The notes: generated from the letters alone by a model not told the origin. 63,317 bases of DNA, filler included, from Halocafeteria seosinensis (GCA_001687465.1; 5 parts of 5 records of this genome joined end to end with filler, not necessarily neighbours in it), one strand, 5' to 3'; shown: positions 13,299-25,166, counted from the first letter of the whole stretch. Translations and numbers: made by a program.

Positions 13299-14283
13299 TT
13301 AATTCGAGGACAGAATCCGACTATCGGTTTTTGGCTCCCTGCTGTCACTGGCAGATATCCGGCCGGACACATCTTGATTCGATATCCGTCGTTCGTTATC
13401 CGGAATTTCATGGAATTACTGCAACCACCAGTTCGCGAATGGAGAAAGCGCTCGATCCGGTGGGAAAATCAAAATCGAGGGTGCGTACCTTGCTAGAAGA
13501 AGAAAAGAGAAGCACGGTCAATTGCATACGGGGTATTTCGTAGCTCGATACAGTGGGCGTCAGTTTTGGGTATGTAATATCAACAAGCAAATCAAAGGTG
13601 TTAAACCATTCATGATAAGAAGAAATACCAGAGGTTTTCATGGGAAACATCTTTTAGTTTGGCGACACGAGCAGAAATCACTCGACTGGTACGTGTAGTG
13701 CAGCACTAGTGCTGCGCCATTGTGAAAACGATTTCTGAGCCTTTGCGGAGCTATGGCACAAAGAATCAAACGGGTGCCCCTAAAAATCTTCCTTTTTTAA
13801 AGTATCTCCGATCAACGACTGTGGAATCCTTTTAAGTAGTCCTTAACCTTGCCACAGAATGTACTACCCCACGTCGGGCGAAATTCCCGCGTCATGAATC
13901 CGCGCCTTCACCCCGCATTGGTTCTACATGACCGGAACACCAGTTTTGCACAGGATGTCATGAAACTGGGACTGGTCATGATGTTCTTTGGCTATTGCAT
14001 ATAGTCCGGGTTCTGCGCTTCTACTCCATTGTCAAGACATCTGTGCTATTAATCAACCTCAGAGTCTAGTCTGCTACAGGAGAGCAATGTTTCTTTGTCG
14101 TTTCATTGGAGGTGGAAAGCTAAACGTAAACCACGAGTGTGTGCCTATAGCTTCCTGCGGCATTCATCCACATTCCATGATTCCAGAAGTCAAGTTGCAT
14201 TTTTGATCTCAGCTGTTGCTAGCAATATCTACGTTCAAACTATGGGGCCTTCGTACTACAATGGAAACACACAGGCAGTCACA

Positions 14284-15471
14284 TCAAGCTCTGGAATTCG
14301 ATGACGTTTCATTGGCGCTACTGCTGCTTTTCTGTTGTTCTCGATCAAATGTTCCATAGAAGGGAACTTGTTCTCCTATTGGTTCCGTTTTTATCATAAA
14401 TCGTGCTTTCCCCGGATCGATCGTCGACATGTCCACATGGAATCCTCTCCCTTGCGTTGTTGAGATGGTGGCTTTCCTAAAGAATATCCCTTTAAGAGTG
14501 TCCGGTTTCGAAGCTTGCAGGGCAAGCATCAGTGCTCGAAGATTGGCTTTCAGTTTCCAGGCCTCCCAACTAGCCTTTCCCAGGGGTGCATGGAGGATTC
14601 CTTGCTTTTCGTTCCGAAATTGCACTTGCCCCGCCTTTGCACTCTTGACGGCAGTTGCTGTGTCATTAGTTACAGTTCCAAGCTTTGGATTAGGCATCAT
14701 TCCTCTTGGTCCTAGAATCCGAGCTACCCGGCCCACTATTTGCATCATATCGGGGGTCGCTATGGTCTTTTCAAAGTTTAAGTCTCCTTTTTGTATCTGC
14801 TCGACGAGTTCGTCTGCCCCTACAACATCTGCCCCTGCTTCACGTGCAGCCTCTGCCGCATCTCCCCTAGCAAACACTGCCACTCGAACATCTTTCCCGG
14901 TTCCATGGGGCAGGTTGACCACTCCTCGTACATTCTCGTGGCTCTTGCGTGGGTCCACTCCCAGTTGAAGCGAGAGATCCACAGTCTGTGTTCGTGCCAA
15001 GCAATCAAAATGTGAACAAAAAACAAGTTCATTATAATGATGGAGAAACTCTATCACATACCTCATCAAACCGGGCAATGGCCTGGGACTTGACGAGACG
15101 CAGCACTTCGTCGATCGGGTAGGTTTGCACGCGGCGTCTCTGCAGCAGGCAGGCAGGCAGGCAGCCAGCATCTTTCCTCTTGAGACGATCAAATATGCAT
15201 ACGTACTTACTTTAAACTGCATCCCTTTCTTCTTCTTTTTCTTTGTTTGCTTGGGGGACGAAGACCCTTTTTTCGCCGCTGCAGCTGCAGCTGCTGCCGC
15301 GGCCGAAAACGGGCGTATTTCAGTCCTTCTGTTGTTATCGCTGTTCGGCAGTAGACACTTCCATGCTGTCTGTTGTTCCTGTGTCCTCAGCTTGGGTGTA
15401 TGGCAGGATATCAGCCTCTGTGTCTGTGTGCAGCACCCCCATGGGCGAGACAAAATACCCATCCGGAGCAT
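14284..15471 (-). CDS. MRPL1: Mitochondrial/organellar ribosomal protein uL1, 3 exons
   Basis: Exons ~15471-15211, 15139-15062 (RRRVQTYPIDEVLRLVKSQAIARFDE) and 14984-14284. Bacterial-type L1 motifs VRGVVNLPHGTGK, GADVVG, IATPDMM, LGPRGMMPNPKLGTVT follow a targeting-peptide-like extension. Confidence 0.93.
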   Translation of the reverse strand: MLRMGILSRPWGCCTQTQRLISCHTPKLRTQEQQTAWKCLLPNSDNNRRTEIRPFSAAAAAAAAAAKKGSSSPKQTKKKKKKGMQFKVSTYAYLIVSRGKMLAACLPACCRDAACKPTRSTKCCVSSSPRPLPGLMRYVIEFLHHYNELVFCSHFDCLARTQTVDLSLQLGVDPRKSHENVRGVVNLPHGTGKDVRVAVFARGDAAEAAREAGADVVGADELVEQIQKGDLNFEKTIATPDMMQIVGRVARILGPRGMMPNPKLGTVTNDTATAVKSAKAGQVQFRNEKQGILHAPLGKASWEAWKLKANLRALMLALQASKPDTLKGIFFRKATISTTQGRGFHVDMSTIDPGKARFMIKTEPIGEQVPFYGTFDREQQKSSSSANETSSNSRA

Positions 15472-15785
15472 TGTTTCCCGTCCTTCTTTTTATGTTCTTC
15501 TATGGTAGTATTAGAATTATATACAGGTGTACATTTACAAAAAAAAAAAAAACTATCATAGATACCAACATGCCATGGGTTGTGTCAAGTCTTGGAACAT
15601 GCATGGCATGTACCTGGAGAGCCCGCCGGCCCGGGAGGTGAGGGAGGGAGAAAGAACGTACCCGCGTTGCATCATGCATGTAGTGCATGAGTGGATGGAT
15701 TGTTCTGTATGTCGGGGGAAGCCAGCCAGCACGCACGCGAGTGAGTGAGCGGCGGATAGACAGACAGACGACGTTGGGTGGGTGA

Positions 15786-18700
15786 ATGGAGTGGACGATG
15801 GCCGAGGAGGAGGATGCGGCTCTACGACAGCTCATTCAGGAGGAAAGGAGCTCCCTGTGTCCGGATACGGATAGCCTTCGAGACCACATACGGACGCATG
15901 GAGCTCCCGTTTCATCACGAGTGCAATATCAAGCGCTCTCCATGCTTCTCGGCGTCTCTGACAAGGAGAACGAACAGCGACATGGCGTGTCTGACTTGGC
16001 CAAAGAGATCTTGAGATCCTGCGAATACCAGGAATTGGTGAAGGAAGTGGATCATGTACTGCGAGTTATGGAACAAGAGTGTGGGATGGAGCTCTCTATT
16101 TCCTCGGGGGAAGAACAGAGTACGTCTGAGTTCACTGGTCCCAGGGCACTTGTACTCGATACCAGTCTAGACGTACTGGTCAACCTTGGGGCGATTCCGC
16201 GCTCGTTTACCAGGCAGGCTAAAGAGATCGAGAAGACGACACGCCATCTTGTATGTATTGTACTGCATATGTCAAAGGCCATTTGGTGTGTCGCCCTTCG
16301 GGACATTCCCGGGAGTATGGGTCTAGAGAAGACAAGGGAGTGGGTTGAGGAAGTAACTGCAGGCCTATGCAAACGGTTCGCTGTGGCCGAACGGTTAGAT
16401 GTGTACGAAAAACCTGAAGCCGATGATGCTTTCACTTTAGAACCAGCACCGTCAGCGTTCGTGCGCCGTACTCTTTCATGGGTTGCGCCTTCAGTTGTCC
16501 ATGAGTTGGATACCAGGTACCCCGACTGGTATCTGTTGTCGGGTACAACTGGAGACTCGGACCGGAGCATAAGCCTCATGGACTTCTTATTCTCTTGTGG
16601 ATCAACACATCTACGCCCCAGCTTGACTATATCGATGTGGCTCACTCTCCTCTGCCGTAAGTCCGACTTCCTCTCGACCGATCTATCCCGCACATTCTTG
16701 GGCAAAGCCTGCGATCTGCTGGAACACCAGGTAGACTCGGGCGGGTTATCCAGCATGCCAGTGCTCAAGTCGAGGGGCTCCGTTGCATCCACCCTCCCTC
16801 CTCAGACGTATTATGCTGTGCTGTTAGTCGTGCTTCTTACGGAATCAAATGAAATGGGTTCCATTTCTGGTGCAAGCTCCCAGTTTCATGGCATTCTATG
16901 CAAAGTGGCAGATAACATCGAAAACTCTCTTCGCTTTCGGTCCATCGCTAAACCTTCGCGAACCGATTCTTGGGCAAAAGGAGGGGGCCTGTCCGCACTA
17001 TTAGAGAATGAGGTATTCAACATTGTTAAATCCTTGCCAATGTCCCTTCGCGCATCTTCACATCTTTTGTTTTGCTTGGAAACGTCATCAGACACTCGGA
17101 CCGAAAATACGCGGAATATTAACTCTGCTGCTCAATCGCTGTTGGCTGCGTTTGACGAGTCTTGCGCTCGAGATCTTCCTATTCACATTCCAAGACAATA
17201 CAGGTTGTTGATGTGTAGCCTGTTGTCCGACGCGGGGCTCCACGTTTCTAAAACTTCCTGGGAGATTGCAATGTCCCAACTACTAAGAGTCTTGCCAACG
17301 TGGCAATCATTTGGGTCGAGTTTTCATCGCTTTTTCCATTCTTGGGGTAACGAGCACTGCGGGTTTGAGTTAGTTAAAGATACGGTGAGACTACTGTGTA
17401 GACCAAAGAGCCAGGCAGCGGAAAATCGTGGCCTTGGTGGTGCATCATCCGTTACACCTTCATTTAACCTGCATGCAGGCCTGTGTGATCCACTGTTGCA
17501 GTACTGGCCTTCTCTACAGCCAGTGGAGGTTTTGAAGGATTTATTTCATCCTTGCGTCGTTTCTCAACGATCGACAACAGAGTTCCGCCAGTATGAGAAT
17601 ACGGCTAATATTGCTCAAAATGCCTTGAATCAAATTTCAACTTCTGTAGCGGAGGACATGGGTATTCAGTATATCCTCCTCGATATCCGGTCACCGAAGT
17701 CAAAAGAGACTGCTCGTTTCCCGTTTGCGCTAGAGATTGACGGGGATCGTTGCCTAAATCCGCTGTCAGAACAAGTTGACCAGGCTGGCGGGAGCGACGT
17801 CGCGAATAGAACCACTAACACCAAGGCTACCAGTGCCTTTTGTATTAGCGATTTGGATTCGGACGAGGAGAAAGATGACGCCGTCGACATGGATTTATCG
17901 TCTTGCTCCTATAGTGGGGAATCATCAGTGCGTGAGATTGTACACGCAATTAGGGATATCCAGTCACAACAAAGCGAAAATGGCCGGAAAAGAGTCGGTG
18001 TTGCTGTGCTTGCTGAGTTCACCTCCTTCTCCCCGTGTGCGTCTGATATCCGCAGCTGGATTGTAGACGGACTGTCAGAGCTGCTATCTGTATGGGAACT
18101 GATGCGAATCATGAGGCAAGAAGGAATTTACAATGTAGGGGTTATAGAAGGGGGCCTGAGTTCCCTCTTAGGAACTATTTCACTCGTGTACAGTCCCGTT
18201 TATAGCCAAACCAGGAGGATTTCATCTGGTGAGCTGACCTGCCAGCGCAGAATGTGCTGCGTCTCCGTCGATATGCTTCCTGCCGGGGTTCCGCACGTTT
18301 CAAACCAGTGCGACGTGCGGGCGTGGATTCATGACGGGGTAGTTCTCGCCCGACGCGGTGGTGCATTCTGCGGCAAGGTTCAGGACTATTTAAAAAGGAT
18401 TCGGCAATCATGGGGTCGGTTGAAGCAATTACCGTTAAGCAGGACAAAAGAGGAGATCCCAAGTGAGTCCTCCCACTTCACTAAAAGAGTCACATCAGGG
18501 ATGCATTCTGCGGACGATATCGCCGCGTTTTGTGGGCTTTGTTTGTTGTTGTATACGTTTGAAGAACCCAATGATGGGATAAAAGAGAAGCTGTTTAAGC
18601 AAGGCCTGGAACTCAACAATGGGGTGACTCGGTTTGGTACGGCGTTAATCGAAGACACTTTAAGAGGGGAAGATTCGCAGAGGCGCTCGTTTGATGCTTT

Positions 18701-19424
18701 GCGCCACAGTTCCGCGAAGGCTCAGAAGTCGTTTTCAAAATGGCGCAGCACCGCGAGTCGAGTAATTTCTGCTAGTGTCGCCAAAATAAAAGATGTATCC
18801 CATGAAAACCCCGAAGTCTCCAGTACCGGTATTACTTCTAGTCATGGGCACCTAAGAGGCTCATGGCGGGCCGGCTCCGCTCTCCCTCCATCAGACTCCG
18901 TGTCAGCCTCTCAAGGAAGACTTAGAGTGACACTCAGACAAGGTGCCTTCCTCACCCAGTTAAATGCTTCTCCCGGAACGTCAATTTTTGGGGATGTCAA
19001 TCAAAACCAAAAGCTTGTATTGAAAGACTATTTTAAGTGTATACAGAACAAGCATAGTCTTTCTCGGATAGAGGTGTGTGCGTTTTTAGCCCAAGATTGC
19101 TCTTCACCGTCCATGGCTCCGATATGGATCCTAATGTCCGCTGACGTTTTGTTGGTGATGGAGGATCCTGGTCTCGCTGATGAGCAATGGAAAAAAGCAG
19201 TAAGCAAATTTCTATCAACTGAAAGTAAAGTGGAGCTGCGCATCCCACTCTCATCTCTAAGGGAACTGCTATTTAAGAAGCATAGCCCCTCGATACTGAC
19301 GTTGACTTACATGTCAGAAAACGGACAAGAGTCTGGACTGACCCTGCAGCTGAAAAATTGCCGCCTATTTTATGAAGAGATTTCAAATCGTGTACAATGT
19401 GGAGAAGGTAACCCAGGAGAATGA
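15786..19424 (+). CDS. 1212-aa intronless protein, divergent TBC1D23-like (degenerate TBC + rhodanese-like + C-terminal PH-like)
   Basis: Long open frame. LLDIRS..KETARFPFALEID and YNVGVIEGGLSSL resemble a rhodanese fold. C-terminal RIPLSSLRELLFKKHSPSILTLTY resembles the TBC1D23 PH-like tail. The family call is from motif memory only. Confidence 0.6.
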   Translation: MEWTMAEEEDAALRQLIQEERSSLCPDTDSLRDHIRTHGAPVSSRVQYQALSMLLGVSDKENEQRHGVSDLAKEILRSCEYQELVKEVDHVLRVMEQECGMELSISSGEEQSTSEFTGPRALVLDTSLDVLVNLGAIPRSFTRQAKEIEKTTRHLVCIVLHMSKAIWCVALRDIPGSMGLEKTREWVEEVTAGLCKRFAVAERLDVYEKPEADDAFTLEPAPSAFVRRTLSWVAPSVVHELDTRYPDWYLLSGTTGDSDRSISLMDFLFSCGSTHLRPSLTISMWLTLLCRKSDFLSTDLSRTFLGKACDLLEHQVDSGGLSSMPVLKSRGSVASTLPPQTYYAVLLVVLLTESNEMGSISGASSQFHGILCKVADNIENSLRFRSIAKPSRTDSWAKGGGLSALLENEVFNIVKSLPMSLRASSHLLFCLETSSDTRTENTRNINSAAQSLLAAFDESCARDLPIHIPRQYRLLMCSLLSDAGLHVSKTSWEIAMSQLLRVLPTWQSFGSSFHRFFHSWGNEHCGFELVKDTVRLLCRPKSQAAENRGLGGASSVTPSFNLHAGLCDPLLQYWPSLQPVEVLKDLFHPCVVSQRSTTEFRQYENTANIAQNALNQISTSVAEDMGIQYILLDIRSPKSKETARFPFALEIDGDRCLNPLSEQVDQAGGSDVANRTTNTKATSAFCISDLDSDEEKDDAVDMDLSSCSYSGESSVREIVHAIRDIQSQQSENGRKRVGVAVLAEFTSFSPCASDIRSWIVDGLSELLSVWELMRIMRQEGIYNVGVIEGGLSSLLGTISLVYSPVYSQTRRISSGELTCQRRMCCVSVDMLPAGVPHVSNQCDVRAWIHDGVVLARRGGAFCGKVQDYLKRIRQSWGRLKQLPLSRTKEEIPSESSHFTKRVTSGMHSADDIAAFCGLCLLLYTFEEPNDGIKEKLFKQGLELNNGVTRFGTALIEDTLRGEDSQRRSFDALRHSSAKAQKSFSKWRSTASRVISASVAKIKDVSHENPEVSSTGITSSHGHLRGSWRAGSALPPSDSVSASQGRLRVTLRQGAFLTQLNASPGTSIFGDVNQNQKLVLKDYFKCIQNKHSLSRIEVCAFLAQDCSSPSMAPIWILMSADVLLVMEDPGLADEQWKKAVSKFLSTESKVELRIPLSSLRELLFKKHSPSILTLTYMSENGQESGLTLQLKNCRLFYEEISNRVQCGEGNPGE

Positions 19425-20588
19425 TTCACTGGGAATTACAATTACACACTTGTGTTGTCGGATAGATGAGTAGAAAGGGAAGTGGTAGCGAACATGCAGC
19501 TTACGCTTTCAAACTCCCATAATTGGCACAGAGGCCGGTAATTCTGGACTAACCGTACATAAAGCGTGTTGCTGTACGTGGCTAGCCTGTGGATACCAAT
19601 GTATCATCTTAATAAGGATCGGGTCGACTTCCTGACACAATCACCGACAACTTTCTTTCAATTTTGGAACAAGCTTGGAGACATGTTTTACCTCTGTTCC
19701 CCGAAGACACTTCTCGAGCCCTTGGCTCTGCAGCATTGCCGACCCTCGACGGACGCGAAGGAACTGGGCTATCGCTTAAGGCTATTTAAGAAACGCCAAC
19801 GCACACTCCAAGAAAGGAGAACAGTGTAAGTCAGTGCAAGTCAGACGGTGACTGCACATCTGTGATGAATTTAGACGGCCACTCCAGTGTTTCTATAGAA
19901 CAACAAGCACCAACTCAATCGACGCTTCAAATAATACTGGCCAGGAACAGGCTGCTCGAAATGAGGTGAAGCAACCCAAAACAAAGGATGAAGTCCAACC
20001 CAGACACGAATGCAGCAACGCTAAGGCGATGCAAGCTAATAGTAGCCTGTGACGGGCGCAATGCTTTGTTTCCGGAGTAGGAGATTTACCAAATATGACA
20101 CCCGGAAAAACGTAGCAGAAGTAAGTCCACTTCCGTAGCGTCTGCAAGAAGATGAGGTACATGATGAAACTCACTTCCGGTCTGTCGACAATTTGGATTA
20201 GTCGATTGGCAGATAGACCTTGCACAGCAACCATTCGACAATTTGGAGCAGTCGATTGGTTGATAGACCTTCCACAGCGACGACATTTGAGAACCTACAA
20301 TGGACCGTCGCCGCGAAGCTCCCATAAACATGATGATAATACCAGGGCAGTGGAACAGGACAAACTCAAAATGCATACGTTTGGTGGCTTTGGTAGGAAG
20401 GCAGAGGAATTTCTCCATGGTCTTTCGCAGTGCGAGCCCTGCCTGAGGGTTTGGGATGCACACCGTTTTGCTCGGCGCCTTTCGATTGGGTTGTCAACTC
20501 ATGAAGCGGGTTGCTGATGACATTTTGGCTTTTGGCGCGGATGTAGGTAGCAGTTGCTCTACCGAGCCTGGGCCTCCACCCGCTTCCA

Positions 20589-20790
20589 TTACCAACTTAG
20601 CCAGCGAGATGGCCGAGAGAGCAGTCTGATACTCCACCACATTGTTCGTGGCGACTGCAATAGGTTTGGTAACGATACTGCAGGTATCGCATGATCTTCC
20701 TCCACTTCTGTAAACACAGCCGCCCCGATGGAAGCAAGCCCGGGATTCCCACGTGAAGCGCCATCAAACCGCATTGAAGAGTAGATCCCT
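20589..20790 (-). mobile_element. RNase HI fragment (FDGASRGNPG type), retroelement remnant
   Basis: MRFDGASRGNPGLASIGAAVF is the N-terminal strand and catalytic Asp of archaeal-like RNase HI. The rest is degenerate. Confidence 0.6.
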
Positions 20791-21159
20791 TATCATGCGG
20801 ACCTTAATTTTGAAAACTCAACCGTCCTCTTCCAAATTGCTAGTTCTGAGGGAACTCCAAAGCATCACCGACAGTCTCTATTCTTTTTGTTCTGGATAGA
20901 CAAACCCTTACCCTAACCTGAGTATTATACTGAAAAGACACTGGAGTCTTGAAATTGACTGGAAACCTTATTGATCACGTAAGGGCCATGAAACTTACGC
21001 AAACGAGCCCTAACCTAAGCCTCTTCTTTGCTCAGTAGTCACTCACGAGGAAGGGAGAAATGGAACGTATAATGACATAGTTAGACTCGCAATGATATTA
21101 TCTATCGAATGGTGGTACCTGCATGTTATCGTACTAGTTGTGGAATGAGATCCATTTTG

Positions 21160-21365
21160 GCGAATCCGGTGCTGTAGGTAAGCATACAATCAGTCTGCTG
21201 TCTATACATATTGTATATGTGCACATTCCCCTCCACACTTGAGAGTACCGCGTGACATCTTGTAACGAGAACGATGGTCTCAAACTGTGCGTTTCCTTTG
21301 CTCCACACTCTTGTCCTGGTAAAGTCTAAATCCTCCGTGACTGTGCTGTCTGTATTGTATCATTG
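21160..21365 (+). repeat. Fragment homologous (inverted) to MULE transposase segment 40150-40352
   Basis: atccggtgctgtaggtaagcatacaatcagtctgctgtcta...cttgtcctggtaaagtctaaatcctc matches the reverse complement of 40150-40352 with scattered mismatches. Confidence 0.85.
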
Positions 21366-21599
21366 GAAATACTGTTGTCTACCGAATATGGCTACAGAAA
21401 AACCATGGAAAGTCACTCACGCATCTATTGCAAGCGATCACAAATCCTGCCAGCAACATGGCAACGGGAAGCAAATTCCTTATAGCGCATTTCAGTTGGC
21501 CTATGAAATGCGCCGTCGGTCACAACCACTTCAACACCAACTAGTAAGTCTTAATACAGTTTCTTTGAACCAGTTAATGTAGACGGATTGTCAGGACTT

Positions 21600-22064
21600 G
21601 TGTCCCAACCTACGAAACGATCGGGAAAAACGAGATGGAACAGGTTGCCCGGGATATCGAGCAGCGTCGATTACATCGTTTAGTAAAGGACGCCGGCCGC
21701 AGACTTACGGAGGAAGAAAGGAGACAGCATCCCAGGGCCCAATGCAGAAATATTGAATCTCCCAGATGATGCCAGGTTCGTTTTTACGGCGTCATTTGCT
21801 CCGAAAACAACGTCCGTAAACACCCTTTGGCCCGTGTTCAGTAGTGATATGACTTCGAAGGCAGGCATGGCATACTTAACATTCGGTCATGGAGCGAGTT
21901 GCGAGGCAAACTATGCCCGTAACTGCTATCATGCTAGGGAAGACTCCACTGAGGCCGTGGCGAACGAAAACTGTAAACGTATCGGCGATTTCTTGTGGAC
22001 ACTACCGAACATTGAGATACCTGCCAACCGAGAATTAGTCTATAGCGATTCGAATACCCCTTGA
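21600..22064 (+). mobile_element. Second MULE transposase DDE-domain fragment
   Basis: WPVFSSDMT...ANE...DFL..LPNIE....LVYSD parallels the MULE core (PV..D; NE..W..FL..P.ID...SD) and the 39986-40225 segment. Confidence 0.45.
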
Positions 22065-22169
22065 GCCTGTCTTCCTCCCTCTCTGTGGCGTGGGTGTTAG
22101 ACGCCACCAGCGTAGAGTGGAATGCGCCTTTTCCCTTTTCTCTCTCTCCATTCTCCGGGGAACTCTACA

Positions 22170-23208
22170 CCAGCATTCACCTCAACGGACGACAAAAGAT
22201 ACCCCATCTTTCCACGAGCAAACCGAACGCGCGTTCAATGCTCTGTCGCGTGGCAGAGATGTGATAATTGAAGCTATCCTTTCACACTTCCAGGCCTCTT
22301 CCAGACCAGGGGACCAGCAGTTGTTGACTGTTGATGAAAGCTTCGTCCCCTATCCAATAGGACTGCTGTCTAAGTTCGCCGCTGTCGAGGAGATGCTTCA
22401 TTTCGCAGAAATCCCAAGCAAGAACGTCATTAGTTGATCTCGTGCTAATGTTGCTAAACATTAGAAACCTTAAGTCTGCATCGCAACCAGCTAGGACCAC
22501 CAGTCCCCAGCAATCATGACGGTTCCTGTAAGCCATTGGTTCCATTACTTCGTTCGGTCTCGGTTTCCTGGTTCGACAGACCCATCCGTCTATCGCCATT
22601 GTGCATCCGGTCAGGTTTCCCCTACTAAAACTCGCAAACCCATCCGCTAGTCGGTCCAATTCGGCGTCATCATCAAAGGGAAAACCAAGCTCCAAAGCCT
22701 GGTCTAACACTTCTAAAGTTCCCCAAAGGACCCCACCATCCTGGTAGAAACTCCCAAGCCCAATACCGAATTCAAAGCAGATGTCAATGTAGCTCCCTCC
22801 TGCTAGCCACCGAAGAGCCACTGCTAATCTAGTACACGGAGAAATGGGTGAGCCACTTCCATTTTCCGCGTTCTTGCCATGAACTTGGAGATCATCTTGG
22901 ATTTTTTCAAGGAGTGCGTTAAAAGCCGTACGTGATAGTCGGAACATCCTTCTGAAGTGATGATCCGATAGCTGGCCCATCGTTTCCTCTCCATAGACTC
23001 TATTCCTCTGGACATTGCTAGATCGATACCTCGTTCTGCTGATAGCAGCGGCGGCATCTTCAAGGTCATCTCCGTAAAGGTTGTGCCAGTCCGCAGCAAT
23101 GAGAGTGGAGAAAGCGGAGCGCAAGCTTCTACTCAGGCCTAGTTGACTTAGGACACAGTCCAGAGTCTGAAGATCAGAAATGAATTCATCTCCTGCACTA
23201 GTAGCCAT
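22170..23208 (-). pseudogene. PIF/Harbinger DDE transposase (HARBI1-like), nonsense-interrupted and 3' truncated
   Basis: Motifs FRRMFRLSR, RLAVALRWLAGGSYIDI, GCTMAIDG, YRNRH..GLVVLAGCDADLRF and WIGDEAF...LLVPW. After the in-frame TGA at 22284-22282 the same frame reads KDSFNYHISATRQSIERAFGLLVERWGIF.RPLR. Confidence 0.9.
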
Positions 23209-23389
23209 AGTTTGATCGTCACCCGCTATTGCTTTGTGAAAGTGAGAAATTCAAATTGTAGATACAGTGTAGAGAAGAATGCTATCCCATTTACGGTACA
23301 AGTTTGTCACAGAAACTCTTTCTACGTCAAGTAACTTCTAAAATCAACAAGAAATCAGCAATCGCTGTATCTCAATTCTAGCACCAACC

Positions 23390-24879
23390 ATGCAAACGAG
23401 CAGTGAGAATTTGAATGTGGAGGGGGTTGCGGGACCGTTGGAAGCAGAATCACTGTCGTGGCCCATTTGCAAGCCCGATTTCGTCCTAGCAGAACTACAC
23501 AAACTTCCTAAAGAGGTCTGTGCAGAGGGTAAGGTATTTTATAAGTCATACGGTAAATACGACAAGCTGTCGGACGAGCAGGTAAGGCGAATGTCCCTGA
23601 CGTTCCTACAATGTAATATATGAGCTTCTACTAGTAACTGTGCTCTTCGAAGTGGTCGCAGAGGAACAAAGCAAAGGCGTTTTATGACCTGCAAAGTTCA
23701 ACGGTCCGGGCGCAGGTTCGCTCGAATGCACTAGCTGCGGAGGCAGCGGAAACAAATCGTAGGTCGCAGGTGACGAACAAGGACGATCGAGCTCGCCTGG
23801 TACACCTCTTCCGGCATTCAGAGGCTCAGCCACTGTGGACGGAAACGAAACGACCATTTACTCGGGAGGAATTGGACGACAAAGATGAGCACAAGCCTTT
23901 TGAAGGTCTGGCGGAGATGTTCAACGACTACCACGCAGTCGCTTTCCAAAACGAGACAGTGCAATACGAGAATGGAGAGATGGTATCCCCATTTGTGGCC
24001 CGGGTCGGATGCGAGAGTCTAGCACCCAAATGTCATGATCTAGACCCAAACAATTCCACTCGTCCAGCTCGCGATGGTGCATGGGTGCGTAAACACTGGA
24101 AAGAAATGCGTACGACGATAACCAAGGTAATAGAGTCGTTCATCAATACGTCCATTTATGCACTTACTTCCTGCTTGATTCCACAGATTTTTACCGACTA
24201 TAGGAAATCCGGACAACAGGATGCGCAGGATAGCTACGCAGAATGGTTGAAGTTTGCCTCCAATTACGCAACTGTGTACATCTATGCGATTGTCCTGCTA
24301 CCTTTTGGAGTCATGGATCAATTGGGTAAGGCGCTCCCCGAAGCCCAGAGACGGGATACAGGAAAATTGGGAAAGCGGCAGTTGAGCAACTCTGCCTCGG
24401 CTGTGAACAAGCGTCGTCAACGTGAACGCCTCAACAAGCTTCCAAACAAGCAACGTCAAGGAAGTAGCGGCATCGCAAGGAAATCTCAATGCTCAGCCGG
24501 TAACACCTCTGAACGCACGAGGCTCTCGACGATACTGCAAGCTGCGTTGGAGCATCAACACAGAGAAAGCAAGCAGGAACGTGCAATGACCTTCATGTTT
24601 AAGCATGGCGATTCAGATACCAAAGCAAAAGTGATGGAGTATATGCAGAAGGCAGCATTTTCACCAACACCAACGCCTCTGGCAGTACCACCGCAAGAAT
24701 CACCGTCCTGTACAATTCGTGCTGCAGAGACCTCAGAAGAGGAGGAATGTTCGTCGCAAGGCCTCTCTCTCCAAGGAGAGGACAATGACGAATGCTTGGC
24801 ACAATCCCTCTCCCTGCATGAAACCCCGGGGACAGATCAAGAGTCGTTTCAGTCACTCGGAAATGATATATCTAAATAG
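23390..24879 (+). CDS. Harbinger-associated Myb/SANT-like DNA-binding protein, 3 exons, apparently intact
   Basis: Exons 23390-23581, 23662-24126 and 24187-24879 splice in frame. RLVHLF..FTREELD and VRKHWKEMRTTITKIFTDYRKSGQQD are trihelix/Myb-like patterns. It lies head-to-head with the Harbinger transposase. Confidence 0.7.
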
Positions 24880-25166
24880 ATACCTACTGCGCTCGGGCGC
24901 CAGTCCACTGGCCCACTCCTCTTGACCATAAATACTGTGGTACAGGTGGTACATACGTCGTCGTCGTCTCCTCTTGAAGTGCTTTCTCCGCTACCGCGGT
25001 CATGCTTGTCTCTTTCTCTTCCTCTTTCTCATCGTTCTGTTTCTTCGTTGGTTGTATTCCTGTGTAGGAAGTGCGCGGTTTGGTTTTCGTCGCATCTTGG
25101 TTTGGCACAGTGTATTGCGTTCTCGATCTACGTGAGTAGGCTTTGACAATATAAATATAACATTAC

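Noticed and set aside
20900..21020. CCCTAA telomere-like motifs
   Set aside because: Only isolated copies, with no tandem array.
22282..22284. TGA read-through / alternative genetic code
   Set aside because: Host genes here end in TGA (SUMO, F-box, uL1) and the transposase is also truncated, so a nonsense mutation is the simpler explanation.
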